In this document: in pieces, positions 13,779 through 28,563 of the stretch
Layout of the letters: each line of letters starts with the position of its first letter
Numbering within the stretch: position 1 is the stretch's first letter
Assembly (NCBI RefSeq): GCF_964355755.1
Contig: NC_092676.1
Coordinates: 25,624,871-25,688,870, forward strand
Source of the DNA: Antedon mediterranea
Lineage: Eukaryota; Animalia; Echinodermata
DNA: 64,000 bases
Direction: 5' to 3'
The notes under the pieces: generated by a model
The model's database searches: none
Seen by the model: only the letters and a program-made list of their open reading frames with translations
What the model was told of the DNA's origin: nothing
Program-made: the position numbers and the translations under genes

Positions 13779-13937
13779 AGCTCTGTCTACACTATCAAAC
13801 TAGTTTGACAAAAAAATGTGATGTGCCCAAATATGGTGGTGATATGTCTAAATATGGTAGTGCTATGACATCATCATGTCCATATATGGGCACATCACAT
13901 TTTTTGTTACATAAAGTTTGATAGTGTAAACAGAGTT
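13779..13937. mobile_element. AGCTCTGTCTACAC-family MITE, full copy
   Basis: Both TIRs present, TTA/TTA TSD, internal 20-bp CCAAATATGGTAGTGATATG repeats. Confidence 0.9.
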
Positions 13938-15417
13938 TTAGATAATAAAATATCATAGACAGGCTAAAAAAGGCTAGTTCAGCTAAAAACGGAAATTAAA
14001 ATTGATATTTTGTTATTTAATCTTTCCAATAATTTCATTTCATAATTATCAATTATAGTAAATTATACAGTATTATTGTAAATCAATGACAAATAAGGTA
14101 AATATAACACACTAAAGCATAAATTGTTTGCATTTTCCAAATTTGTTTGATTATTGTGTTTGATTTCTTCCTTTCCTTGAAAAACACACACATTTTCAAT
14201 ATATACATTTAAAATATTTATAATATACTTAATATTACTTAAGTCATTGTCGGCCGACTAAAAACAAGTCCTACTGTAATAAATAACACTGCAATTATTG
14301 AACAAAACATCAAAACATATTTAACATGGCTAATTACTCCTGACTTGACAGCAGAAATAGATTTGTCAAACAAATCAATGGGTTCAATACTCATTCAGGT
14401 AGCAATACAATCTTAAATTGAACCAATGTTCTGCGTCAGTAAATATCAAAGAAACAATTTCTTTTATATTCACAAGTTGCTTGTCATTTATTCAATACCG
14501 ATACTATTTTTTAACAATTGGATTTAAAAAAATTGTTAGAAAAATAGTTTAACAAAAGAATATAGTACCTGGGGTTTTCAAGAAATTTAAATGCAACAAT
14601 TTTACTTTATTTAATTTTTTAAAGATGTATTTCCCCAAAAACATGAAAAATGACGATTAATAAAATCAAGCTAATCCCTTCTGCAGAAAAAGTGAATAAC
14701 TATTTAATATGAAACATAATTTTTTCATGAAAACAAAATATCATAACAAAAAAAATGCTTGACAAGATTAGAATACTAAATCTATTAAAAACTAAAACAA
14801 AATGCGTATTTTAAGGTTTTTAATAAGGTATATTTCGTTCACTAAACTTTTATGTGACCTTAGCTCAATATGTAGGAAGCTACAATAGATTAAAGATAAT
14901 CTTGGTTTATAATAGATTCCAGAATATCGTATCAAAAAGGCCAACTTATGAAATTGAAAGTGTCATAAAATTGTTCATGACAAGAAGAGCTAATTTAATT
15001 TAGCTCTTGAAAATAAAACTAATTCTCTTTCTTAATCTTAGATTTTGATAAATTATTTATTATACTTTTTTCATGTTATTAAACAGTAAGTTTTTGTTAA
15101 TGCTTGTGTTCAATGTCAAAACCTACTTGGTCAGTAGTTAGGGGTGGGTCAGGGGGTAAGATTTTGAACATATGAAATATGAAAACATGGTTTATACATG
15201 GACCTATGTTTTATTATAGGTTGCCTAATAACACTACATTCTATAGAAGATCATGTGTACAACAACAACAAATCTGTTTAAAGCAGCATGTGAACTGTTC
15301 AGAATCCATATGGAAAGATAAAATTCCTAATCAATGAAAAGTTTAAACCTAAACCAAACTGATTTCACATCATGTACAGTATAATACATAATACAAAGTT
15401 AAGAATCCGTGCCTTAC

Positions 15418-15468
15418 CTGTTGGTAGCCTACTACACGGCGTCTAGGTGGAACCGACACCCCACGCAT
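15418..15468 (-). CDS. Candidate alternative first coding exon of RIPOR (MRGVSVPPRRRVVGYQQ)
   Basis: GC-rich patch in an AT-rich intron. ATG at 15468, 17 codons, strong CAG|gtaagg donor in phase 0. Confidence 0.55.
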
Positions 15469-18290
15469 TATACAACATGTGTATGGGCATCCATAGAAAG
15501 AAATAAGTTAATATGCACATAAACTATCGGAGACAAACGACTTGACGCCGCAGTGTTCGCCAACTCTACTGTGACATATTAGTCGGAAGATAACGATTAA
15601 CTGCTAAATGACAAATTCCATAATGAGAACGAAGATTTAAACTGTCAGCGATCTAATGACGAGGATCATCAGGAGAATATCAAAAATTATACACGCAAAG
15701 CTTTTAAAATGGTGAATAATGTGTTAAAGTCAAAAACACACAGACTTTGGCAATGTTGACTTATAATTACTAAAGCTAGGCACGAACATCCAGATATTAC
15801 TTTGCTGAGATATTTGTTTTAAAATCTAATTACGATATTAGAACACGGATTGGTAAACAAAATGAACTATAGGTACATAGAAATGTTAACATTAAAGCCC
15901 GAAAAACAGCATTATATAAATCCAAGGAACATCCCAAACAACAAGCTAAACCTTTTCTTCAACAATGTGATAATATTGAAAAACAATCGCTTTACACACA
16001 CGATGTAAATTGTCTTTAAAATCCTAAAAGTTTAGATCCACAGAATATAAGTTAGTACTGTATATAAGCAATAAGCACCAAAATCAATCTGTATATTTGG
16101 TGTCCTGCGCTGACATCTGTTGTATAGTAATACATATTCAATAGGCCGTATTGTCAATGATACTGTGTTAATGCGAAGGTTTTTTGCTTTAGGATTCTGC
16201 CGATTTGACTGTAAATCAATGGAATGATAAAGCCAAGCCCACACATGTGCTATTCTGAGGATTATTAATCTACAGTACAGCAGAAAAAGGTTAAATCGTG
16301 TCAAAATAACTAATGAATTGTAACAGATTTTTGAATATTAATGATGTTCATTTCTGTTAATTAGTCTCAAGTTACATAATTTATTCATTAAAAAAACCAA
16401 AAAATAATATAACAGTTAATAATAATAATTTATATCTCAACCGTAGGTTGCAACAGTAAATATGGTTGAGATATAAACCATTATATTTTATTTTTATTAA
16501 CAACCGATTGAATCTTTCCAAGGATTAATTAAACCATACTTGTTTATTAAAGGAAAACCTTTTGAAATAATGTTACAAAACTTTGGTAGTACGCATCAAT
16601 GAAAATTGATATACTTTAATTAATACTGTAAGGTCAAATGATAATAGGAACGTTTTATATTCGAGTCTCAAATGAAGTCACATATTTTACTGTAATTTAC
16701 TTGTATGTGGTGTCAAAATAAATTCAAGACATTTTTTTCCATCCAACGAACAGTAAAGACGAAATAAATATAATACAGATTGTGAAATAAAATGAATGAA
16801 TGAAAAATGAATGAATGAATGAAACAAACAAGTGGACAAAAGCAGAATTCCAAAAATATAAAAATCTTATGGCGGGATTGCTTAAGTTTTTTCTTTAAAT
16901 TACAGAAAACCTTAATCTCTAAATTGAATTGTTGTATTTCAAACATCTTGTCAGTGAAGAGAAATAAAATGTTGATTTATTTGAAGTTGTAAAATATAAT
17001 GTACAACTGATTCTAAAAATATAAAACTAGGATAAGAACTATTACACATTAAACAAAGATGCTGGTATATAAAATAGACAGAAATAGAATGAGAAATGAA
17101 TTAAAAAGAAGGTCGACATAAAAATACTTCTTGGCAGAAAATATCAACATACAGTAGTACAATGCATCCAAAATTATAAATTTTAAAATAGTTTATCCAT
17201 CCTGTAATGTAATGGGTGAGTTACTTGCTGTTGGATGCGAATAAAAACAGATAATTTTTTTAAAACTATTATTACAGGTAAGTCGTGTACAGCACTTGAG
17301 AGAAAAATTTGAGAGAAAAAAAGATATTTCAACCAATTTATTTTTACTTTTTAAATACAAATATTATACTAGATGATTCTCTATTTTATTCAACATGAGG
17401 CTCTGTCTTTGCAATCCCTATTGAAGACAACATTCTTTTAACACAATAGAAATGAATGTACTGTACTAACCATACAGTACATACTTGTATCTAAATGTAT
17501 GTAAAAAACTGCAACTCTAACTCTCAGTAAGTCAACAAGACCGAATCAATTGCTACTGAAGCTTAAAAAATTTAATAATTGATAGAAAATAATAATTGTA
17601 ACTTCTTTTCTTCTTCTCAAATAGTACGAAATTAACCAAGTTTTCAAACATCCTTTAATAAATAAATGATTGGAGGTGGGTAGACATTTTGTGACGTTTG
17701 TTGCGATGTCCCTGAAAAGGTTTTAATATTGTTTGGGTTTGGTATTTTCAAGGTAGACCAAATTATTAATATTTCTAAGGAACAAACAAGCTAACAGGAA
17801 TAATATGGTTCTTCCTACACAAGTTTACCAAATAGCAATCACATTAGTTAATTATTGATATTAATTATTAACTGGTAAAAATATTAATGAATTAAATATT
17901 GTTAGTTAAAAATAAACAAGTAAAATTTGAAAATGTTTATGACCAATATTTGAAGTTAAAGCAATTTTAAAAAAAATAAAAATTTAATATTTGAATTCAA
18001 ACAATCTACAATGAAAGAAATAATGAAAAAAAAAGTGTGTTAGGTAAAATACAAAAAAAATAAAAAAAATTTTCTAGCAAAATATGGAAAACAATCCAGA
18101 AACATAATTGAAAATATGCTTCACGTGATATAAACTTTAAATTCAAGACACAGGAAAAAGAAAAATAATTCATTAAAAAAGACATTAATATTTTTATCAT
18201 CATAAATGAAAATTCTGAACGACTAAAATGGAAACTGGAATGAAATGAAACTAAAAGAATGATAACGCATGCGTAATGAATTCTGCATAC

Positions 18291-18641
18291 CTTGGTCATC
18301 TGCTGCGGCACCGGCGACGAAGAACGAAACTGTAAATCAACTGGATCTGGATCAACCGACAACACATCAATCGCGCATCGCTTAATAGAATCATCTTTAA
18401 AATCAGAAAGCAAACTCTCGACGGATGACGCAGAATTTATACTGTTTAAACTATCCGTCTTGTGAAGAAGATTTGGAACTTCTAGATGTTGTGGATCGAA
18501 CGAACGCCTACGTAAAGCGTCCAATTCACGCTGTTCGCGACTTTTTCGTTTGTTCCAGTTACGGAGGTGTTGATATTTCAACGCACCCCCGCCGTTGGGC
18601 GTCAACAAATTGTCATCAAGAACCGGTATTACTGTCTCCAT
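18291..18641 (-). CDS. Alternative first coding exon of RIPOR, 117 aa (METVIPVLDD...PVPQQMTK)
   Basis: The first 117 codons of ORF 18006-18641 are protein-like and GC-richer. AAG|gtatgc donor in phase 0 at 18290; the rest of the ORF is F/I/L-rich intron read-through. Confidence 0.7.
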
Positions 18642-21600
18642 ACTTAGTAGTTAATAATCAAAAATACTGTAGTATGATATACGGTTTGTTGAGATTTGTG
18701 CAATAAATATATAATTTTGGTGATTAATATAAGAACAATTGGTTTAAATTCAGCTCCTCCAGATTTGATAAAAACTAATGAAACATACTGTACTGCGTTT
18801 CTATAAGGAATGAAAGAAAAAATGCTATCGAAAGATGACATTGAAAATAAACAATGGACTAAATAAACTAAACAAACACTAACAATATCACTTTCTAATA
18901 TCATTTAGCTTGTTGGAAATTCTTCTATACTTGATTAATCTAGCATCTTTAAATTTGTTTTTCCTGTGTTGCTATGGTTTTAAAATAAACATTGTTTAAC
19001 ACACACTTTTCCTAAAATATCAATCTCACAGAACATATTTGAATTATAAATCTAAATATGTTTAAATCAAACTTTTTTTAAATAATAAAAATTTGTTATA
19101 AATAAACACTAACAGGAAAACAATAAGTAGTAAGTACCAATTAAAACAATTGCTTACAAATGAACTAAAATAAAAATAAAACAAACAGTTAATTATTTTT
19201 TAGTATTCCTTCTATAAAGACAAAATAGCAAACAAAAATTTAAAACAAAAATTACATACAAAAACTGAAAAAAACTCCTGAATACTACCAGCAATAATAT
19301 TGTTTAGTCCTCTAGGCTTTGATTGAAAATGAACTACCACATGAAAAAACAAGCATGCTCCTCTGGGCTGCTGAGTAATTACAACAATATGTTTAAAAAC
19401 ACACCCCTAAACAATGGCTGTTTGTTGTACGGCTCCTCACCACAGAGTCAAAGGAAAACACACAACTTCCTATCGACCTTTCCTACTTTTTTTCCTGAAG
19501 GCATAAACAATCCTACTCAACACCTATCTACAATTAATTAAATTAAATTCCCTTCCTTTGGGAGAGATTCAAACCATTTAATACTGGAACGAAAATTATA
19601 CATCTGTATTTAAGGACTCTATCGGGGTTAAGAAAATTTATGAATTTAACACAATTTAAGATGTTTCTTGGGAATTGAATCTCTTTGTATAGATATCATC
19701 TCCTTTTAAGGATGAAAAATAAAACCTTATTTGTATACTTACACCATCCAAGTAAAACGTGTTACAATTGACTCACGTTTTGAATCAAACAAAGGAACTG
19801 TAGTTTTGCAGTCAAGAATATATTGTTTGCTTTTTTTCTGTAGACTGTATTCCTCCTACCAAAACAATGCTTTATGAATGTACTATACCACTACCAAGGG
19901 CCTGTGTAAATTATTATGGCCTCTGGCATGACCTTGGCTAGTTTCAGTGACTTATGATGAGTCATACAAGATTATGCTGGGCATCCCTAATAAACAGAAT
20001 ACAAAGACCTATAACTAGAAACCTAACAGTCTTCTCATTAACAAACAGGTCACAAACTGGACTATTCTATTATGAAATAGGTAAAATATATAATTAATAA
20101 GTTCTTGTATCTATTACGTCATCCAATGTTAAAATATGAATATGGAATATTGCTTCCTCAATTTAAATGTAACAAGAGCAGTTGTGTAGTTGTGATGTTA
20201 TTATGACATCATTTATAAGGTTGTGGGTCAATGGCAACCAGATGGTTTAATAAAGAAAATAGTACTACTACTTAAGTACAGAATTAGACATTCCGAGAAG
20301 AATTACTAACATTATTTAATAATAATAAAAATTATACAAAGACAGCTATTGTGATATTTAATGACAATGACATTTCAATTTGTACTGTATACTAGGAAAA
20401 AAGAGTTACCGTCCAGTGAAATACTAGAAATTGAATAATCTTTTATGCGGTAAAGATGAAGAAATCTGTGAAAAAAATAAGAAAAAGCCCACACAAATGA
20501 GATTCGAACCTTGCTTCAAATTCGATCGCCCGGGGTAGATCCTGGATTTCAATTAAGTCAACCTTATATCTCAAATTTTAACCCCTTGTTTACTTTTACT
20601 ATTTATTTTTTTCAGTAATTTGCCTTTGGATTTACACATATATATTTATAAAAATTTGATGAAGTGTGAAAATCAAAGTATTCACTTTGAAAATTAAATT
20701 CTAATCAAATTAAAGTTTTCCATTTTCATTGATTTTAAAATTGCCCTTGAAGGTTTTATGTCGTGCGCCATGGTCTTCTAAAGGAAGGAAACTTTATAGC
20801 AGTGATAAAACTTGTTTTTAATACGGCTTGACAACGCATGACCTTCTTTTAAATAATAATGATCTAAAGTAATAAACTTTAGGATGTTTTCTTATGTAAG
20901 AAAGGACATTGTTTCTCTCTACATTATCAAACTAGTTTGAAAAAAAAAAGTGAGATGTGCACAAATATGGTAGTGATATGCCCAAATATGGTAGTAATAT
21001 GACATCATCATGTACATATATGGGCACATCACATTTTTCTGTCACATAAAGTTTGATAGTGTAGACAGAGCTTTTGTTGGGATATTTGTTAGGTGCAATG
21101 CAAATAGAATAGTGATTTCTTTGACAAATATGGCCAAAATATTTCGAGTTTGAGTGAGAAAATGCGCAGTTTGGATCAAGCTAATTTACTACAGTATATC
21201 AAAGTTTTTTTGTTAAATTTATATTTAGAAACATTTAAATAAATACTATGCCCTTGTCCTTAAAACTACAGATTATCCATAAGAAACTATAGAGGGCGTT
21301 ATAACACTAAAGTATACAGGCAAAAGCATGTAGATGGAATATACTTTGTTTAATGATATCGGGATTGATATGACTCCTTGTTAGTGCTCGTTATTAAAAA
21401 GCTGTGCTTTGCTATTCCTTTCAGACAGAGCTAACCACAGTATAGAATGACATAAGTCACGTTTTGCAGCTTATTTTCCATATTAGCCACAAAACCACTC
21501 TACTAAAAAATGTATTACCTGATACCATGGTCTATGACCATAACAGAGCTTCGGTGAACAAATTTTAATGCAGAGACTTGATAAAGCTTCCGTTTTCGGG

Positions 21601-21835
21601 TTATTTTTCAAGTTAAAGTACAGAAAAAATGTATTTTAAGTGGAGAGAGTGGAGACAAATAATTCTTGGTCCTCTCTCTATATTACGGTTTTCAATGTCA
21701 GATAATGCTTTGTACGTCTTTTCTTTATTTTTCTTTATTGTTGTATGTATATGTTTCATATGGACAGTTTATTGAATTGAATTGAATAACCTGTTATCAA
21801 TTGTTAAATGACTGGAACATTTCTAGACAAACATT

Positions 21836-21948
21836 TTTCTTCAGATTCAGATTTATTTGGTCCTTGCAGAAATTCATGACAGTTATTCAAACTTTGAATA
21901 ACTTTCATGAATTTCTGCAAGGACCAAATAAATCTGAATCTGAAGAAA
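21836..21948. repeat. Near-perfect 113-bp palindrome
   Basis: 56-bp arms, 1-nt spacer (C21892), one mismatch. Confidence 0.95.
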
Positions 21949-23240
21949 TAAATTAAAACATCTAATTAATTGAAAACAAATATGAATTTGTGTGGTAAAA
22001 AAAATATAACAGGAAATCTATGAGTTTAAACAATCCAACACCAAACGAAATGTAAAATGTTGAACCTGGGTGGTTTGACATCAGTGAACATATGTATTGT
22101 AATAATACCGATGATATTAATAATATTAAAGACAGAACATTAATCTTACCATTGTCATTTATTGATGATTGATGACTGAACAATCACGAATAGACTTAAT
22201 AAATATCCACAAACAAAACCGATCAGATCTATCAGAACATTCAGCACAACAAGTGAACATCTAGAGAAATCCACAAACCACCAAGTCTCTATATAAAGTC
22301 ATATGATCTACACAGTAGATTCTTCACCAGATAAATATACACAAATGTAACACATTATGCTGAGATACTATTTCTATTACTTCCTATATTGAGTACTATT
22401 TCATAGTGGCTGTCTGTTGCATACACCGTTCATATGGCAACAACAGCCTTTAGGGGATAGGGGTAGGATCTGCAACATGTGCTCACAGTACAGGAAGTCA
22501 TAAAGCTTACATTTCAATAGACAGGCTGTCACTGGTTATCGACTAACCATCACATTTTAAAGAGTGATGATTGAGCCTACTAGATATTCACTGTCGTACG
22601 AAATACATGTGTATATGCATGTGTATTATAAATTAATTTGCATTTTGTTTATAAAGTGATAATTGTATTTAAGTATTAAATAATTCAAATAAAATTTATT
22701 GTAAATTATATTTGCAGTTTTAAGTCTATAACTTAATTATAATTTCTCTATTTGAGTGGTATTATTGTTATCAATTATTATTGTCAATTGATTTGTATTT
22801 GAACAAATTTATATTTTATAAAATTAATTAAATATTCATGAAGTCAAAATATATGTAGGTACTGTAGGCTAATATAAATATCTTAAATCACCACGTCCCT
22901 CCATCCACCCCACATTTCTTTCTTCTAACAATATTTGAAATTGAGCTATAGCTTGGTGGTTAACATGCTTGCCTTCCAATCCCAAGGTCTGGGGTTCAAT
23001 CCTAGTGCCAGGGCTGTAACTCATATTTCAACTCCACTCCCTAAAAGCCTCAAAACTTAGTTTATAAACACGATAAATTATGAAATAGTTTATTCATCCT
23101 GTGTAATTGGCGAGTTTGTACTCACTGTTGGATTTGTATGAAAAAAAAAATCACTTGCATTGCAATAAGCAGATTTATATGTTTACTCGCTCTATGATTA
23201 AGACCCAACTTTTAACACTGTCAGCAAACCCTTTGCTTAC

Positions 23241-25547
23241 CTTTGAATGCTTTTGCTCACACATATTCATAGATTCTTCACCTTTAACAATATCTTTGAA
23301 TTCAGCTTCTCTCACATCAGATCCGCCTATATCTATATCATCATAATAATCCATTACTTTACTGTTTTCTTCAGTTTTTGATCTTTTCAGTACATTTTTG
23401 AAATGGCTCCACTGAACACTTGATTTCTGCATTTTGTTTATCGCAGATGACTGATTCGGTTCCAATTTCTCTTGCGAGGTTTTCCTGCCAAATTTCTGTT
23501 TTTGTTCTTTAACAAAATTGTTTGATCTGAGTTGTCCATCTAAACTATCTTTAGCATTCTCAACATGATCTATATCCTTTGTTTTAAACGCATTAGAAAA
23601 TTTATCTAACTCTTTAGATTTTCTATATTCTTGATTTGATGGCTGGTCAGAAAGATAACTGGAATTTGTGATATCTGGACTAACGCCTCTACTTGAGTTT
23701 ACGATAGTAGGGTAGATCCAAGTGTTTGGAGCAGGACTTCTCACTGATCTCATAGTATGACTAGCTAAGGATGTATCGGCAGAAGGACTAGATACAACTT
23801 CGCCCTCTTCAGTACTTACTGAAATATTTCCACTTGTTGTTTCTGGTGGACTGACATCTAGACTGCCATTTAAAGATGGTTCAGTAAAGGAGTCACTCTG
23901 TAATATCCAATTTAAGGATTTGTTTGGCCAACGCCATATTTCACAGTTGATGTGTTTGTTTAAATCTTCTGGTAAAGACTGACATCTTCTGGTACTGGTT
24001 CCTTGAGATTGGTGATTTTGTTTACTATACAGCGTCTTTGGAGGATATGTTAAATGTTTTAAATTAGAGGGTGCTTTCTTGTTGGGAAAGTCTTGACCGA
24101 CAGTTATAGTTGGCTTTTTAGACGACAAATTGTCCTGAGTAGAATAGGATAAATTAGAGGATGCTTTCTTGTTAGGAAAATCTTGACCGACAGTGACAGT
24201 TGGTTTTTTAGATGGCACATTGTCCTGAGTAGAGGAAGATGAAATATTTAATTCAGCTTTACTTGAAGGATTTGTCAAATTCTCAGAAGTCACACGTCTT
24301 TTTAAGTTGGAATAGAGTCTGTCAGGACTGATTGATTTTACATTTGACTTTTGAGATTTTGAAACTGCTTCTTTAAAGGAAACAACGTTTTGTGTTTCAT
24401 TATATTTTGATGGTAGCTCCAATGGCTGTGACAATTTTTGTGAAGATGGAATATTTCCAGTGGAAAGACTTTGCGTTGCTGACATTTCATTTTTAAAAAC
24501 ATGGCCTCCTGGTGACATCTGCTTTCGAGGATGATCTCTATGATTCTTCACAAAATGCACTTGCAGTGATGAAGTCTGTTTTTGGACACTACGATTCTTC
24601 AAAACATTGTCTTTTGAAGAAATCTGTTTTTTAGAAGAATCAACTGTAGACTTTTTAGAAATGTGGAAGCTATTTCTTGGTGAAACAATTTTTCGAGAAG
24701 CATCAACTCTACGATGATCTTGAGTTTTTGATGGAAAAGGTTTATGCGAAGTATTAGTTAAAGACTGCTTAGAAATATGAACTTGGTTTGTTGTTGCAAC
24801 ACTTCCTTTTCGATTAATATTACTAGAGCTTTTTGAAACATGGACTTTTTCTGCTGAAACAGTTCTTTGAGATGCTGAACTTCTAATAGGAATGTGGTGA
24901 GAAGATGTTGATTGTTTCGATGTAGGCCTACTATGATTGTTAGAGAAATTTAATTGTTTTCTAGATGTAATCTGTTTCTGAATATGATGACTATTATCAA
25001 CGTGTCTTGATGAAGGTTGTTTTTCCGATGTAGTCATTCTACTGTTTACAGAAACAGACATTTGCCTAGTTGTATTCTTTTGTTTTGGAATACTCGTCCT
25101 GGAAGATATTGCAGCAACATAGTTTTTTGATGAACTTTGATTTTGAGAAGAAATATCTCCAGAATGTGATGTTCTCCTCTGCTGAGTAGTTCTAGGCTGT
25201 TTCAATTTAAGATTTTCTCTACTATATGGCAATTCCTTTGTTGCATCTTGTTCGTGCTTTCTTGCAGAAATTGCTGACTTAACCTTATCATGTTTCTGGG
25301 TTATATATAACATAGAATCTTTCTGTTGTTTAAAATGTACCTGACCATTTCTTGACTTTGGTCTACTTCCAATATCACACATGCCATTTGCAGCACTTTT
25401 TCCTCTACTGACCTCATGCCTAAATCTATTTTCCGCTACATCTTTTCTTTCAATATAATCCACTTTAAGTATTTCATCTGGAGACTTAATATTTCTTTGC
25501 GATGAAACATCACCACTGGATCGCCAAAGTTTTGATAGTAGAGACAT
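23241..25547 (-). CDS. Giant (769-codon) Ser/Lys/Gln-rich disordered exon, probable alternative N-terminus of RIPOR; otherwise a nested intronless 790-aa gene 23175-25547
   Basis: A 2.37-kb ORF in AT-rich DNA is very unlikely by chance. Consensus AAG|gtaagc donor at 23240 falls on a codon boundary (KHSK|). Internal 30-aa duplication STQDNxxSKKPTxTVGQDFPNKKAxSNL. Confidence 0.75.
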
Positions 25548-28500
25548 TTAGATCTTCTTGCTTAAACACTCAATAGTAAGTCCACATTATTTAACTCTAA
25601 CCACTTGTAAACAGAAATTCAATCCTTTTATTACCATCTATTAATAAATAGCAAACACAAACCTATAGATGTATGAACAATTCCAAGGAACTCGCATAGC
25701 AACTATTTACACAAGGTTTTCATGAGAATAAACACTGATAGTAATGAATATTGACAATATTTCCTCTTGTAATAAGACCATGTTTTCACCGACAAAATGT
25801 TATCAAGATGTTGACACACTGATGCACAAGAACCAATTGAATATGCTCCAATTGTAAAGACTGTGAAAAGACTAATTATATCTCAACTCCAAGGGAACAT
25901 AATTTAAACATAAACTGCCATTTTATACTGTACCCAGACCTCACAGAGAGGAGACAAACCAAAGACAGATTACATACTGTACAATGCCAAGGAGCACAGT
26001 CTAAAAGTATTTGTTAGTTTTCACTCAACCATGTCAACCTATTCTTACATTGATAGCACAATAGTAACCGAATAGGCTTAACAAAATCAATTTATTTAAT
26101 AGACAATAGGTAGCTTACCTATCTAGATTAAAAACTTGAATATCTCGTAGCCTGATTAAAACACAAGAGGATACACTACACTATCAAAGTAATATTTAAT
26201 TGAAAGACCCCTGCAAAAAAGTAGCTCCATTCAGCATGCAATCTGTTCTATCAATTGAATGACAATTGAAGAATTCCTTTATTTAAATAATCAGATATTA
26301 AACCAAACAAAATTGTTTTTTTAAATAATAATAGTTAATTTTTTTAAGCCTAAAGTTAATATGCTAATTTTTCATCTTTCTACTTTAGTTTTTTAACAAA
26401 TTCTTGGCCAACCCAGGGACATCCTATTATCACTATCAACACATTACTGTACTTTTAAATGTTTTTATACTTGTTCCACAGTCATCATGGTTCATATTCT
26501 ATGGAATAAGTTGGTTTTTTATGTAAATTCTACCACTGAAGTATGATGCAATAAACGAAATGACATTTGTTAGAGATTTAAACATTGAACTACTGAGTTA
26601 ATACAGTATTTCGCAACATAATAAGTTCATTAAACTTTACATTCGAATGGAAAAAAAGTACATAACAGTAAGCACAAAGGTAACCAAAATGCCAATTGAA
26701 ACAGCCAAAGATGAGACAGAATAACCTGTACTGAAGTTAAACTGATTTGTTTTCTTGATGTCCCGCGGAGAAGGCACGTCATTTGAGACCTTGTCGACTG
26801 TAGTTTGGCTGCTTCTGCTAATATCCGACAGACAGGTGTGTTAGGCTACATAGTGTGTTTACAAGCAATGGTGCCATCAAACTCACGGAACTACGCACTA
26901 GGATACTGAAAAAGCAACTTCTTACAATTCACTGGTGTGTGACAACAACTTGAAAGTGAATACTAAGAAGCTGGCGAGGGTCACAGAATTTTAATGTTTT
27001 ATCTTTTAATATATTACATTACAGGAATTCATGTTTTTTATGTGTGTAATTCATTTATTATTAATATTTATGTATTTCGATGTGGAGAGCCTCTCGACGG
27101 TTATTTTTATTTATAACATTTAGGTGCCTCATTGATTTACTTTTGTACTGTTTTTATATCTTTCTTTGTACTGTATTTTAAATTTGGCGAAATAAATGTA
27201 TCTTACAGTATAATACCATAGATTATGTAAATGCTGGTCACTTACTCATAGGTAGGATATAAAATAGACATAAAAAAAAGGAAAGATAGAAAAATTAAAC
27301 AAGAAACAAATGATAAACACAAGATTTTACACACAGAAGATTGTTGAGTTGTTTGTACTAAAAAGTCGAACTTAAATTTAATAATTTTTTGGATGAATAT
27401 TTTTTATGGATTTATAATTTTCATATTTTCTTAATTGGTCAATAAAAAGGGATCATTAAATTAAAATTGATAGTAAGAACAGATGTTATAATTGTATATC
27501 TTATACAGCTGAGGATGTGACTGAGAAAATGTGGTTAAATTATTCATTGCGACTTATTTATTATCTTGCAGCTGAGTTTTAACTGAAATTGCTTATTAGA
27601 TAGCTCGGTAAAACTAGTTTGTAGCCCGATTTCTTCATGGGTGAAATATGTCACTGGGCTACTAAAAATTGGCTATGATGTTAAACGGCACATTATCCTT
27701 AATGTACATTTGAATTATTATTCAAAAGGTAATTCAATCTTTTAATTATTTGTTAAAAATAGAGGGTAGCACAACACATTTATGTAGTCTACACTATCAA
27801 ACTTGTTTGAGAAAAACCAAATATGGTAGTCATATGCCCTAAAATGGTAGTGATATGACATCATCATGTCCATATATGGGCACATCATGTTTGATAGGGT
27901 AGACAGAGCTTTGATAAGTTTGGTGAAACATCAAACATTCTGTTTGTTTTGATAATACACCTTCCTATGGCTTGGCATGTGGACAAATATTTCAAAGAAA
28001 AACCACAAGTTTCTGTCTGGCTCCTTGGCTGAAAAATTTGCATCAGATGGTCACTGGTATTTTTAGAAACATTTTAATACTGCTGTCAAATTGATTATGA
28101 TACAAAAATAAACAGTTTATTTTTACATTTTTGGTCTATTAATAACTTTATCAAAGAACTTAATTCTGTTCAGTAAAAATCACGGGCAAGCCACTCCGAG
28201 GCTCTGTTGAGACTTGGGCTAGTGAACTGCCATGCTTTATATAGTGGGTATAGAAATTGTTATTGTTAATTTTGGACTAGCAAAAATGCATGGCTAGTAA
28301 AGGGTTAGAAATACTAGCCAATAATAAAGATAAATTGAAGAGGGTTGCCCACACGTTACTGTAAAAAGACTGAAGGGGGTACAAAGGTTAAAGGGCAAAG
28401 CCTTGGTTGGGGGTCATGAGCCAGACAATTGGGGAGGTTTACATTGGATTTCACACCATAAAGCCCATAATTACATGACACAAAAAAATATTTGAATGAA

Positions 28501-28563
28501 AATATGCCGGGAAATATATAATTTATAAGCCAATTTATTTTTAAAAAGTTTTGAGAGACTTAC

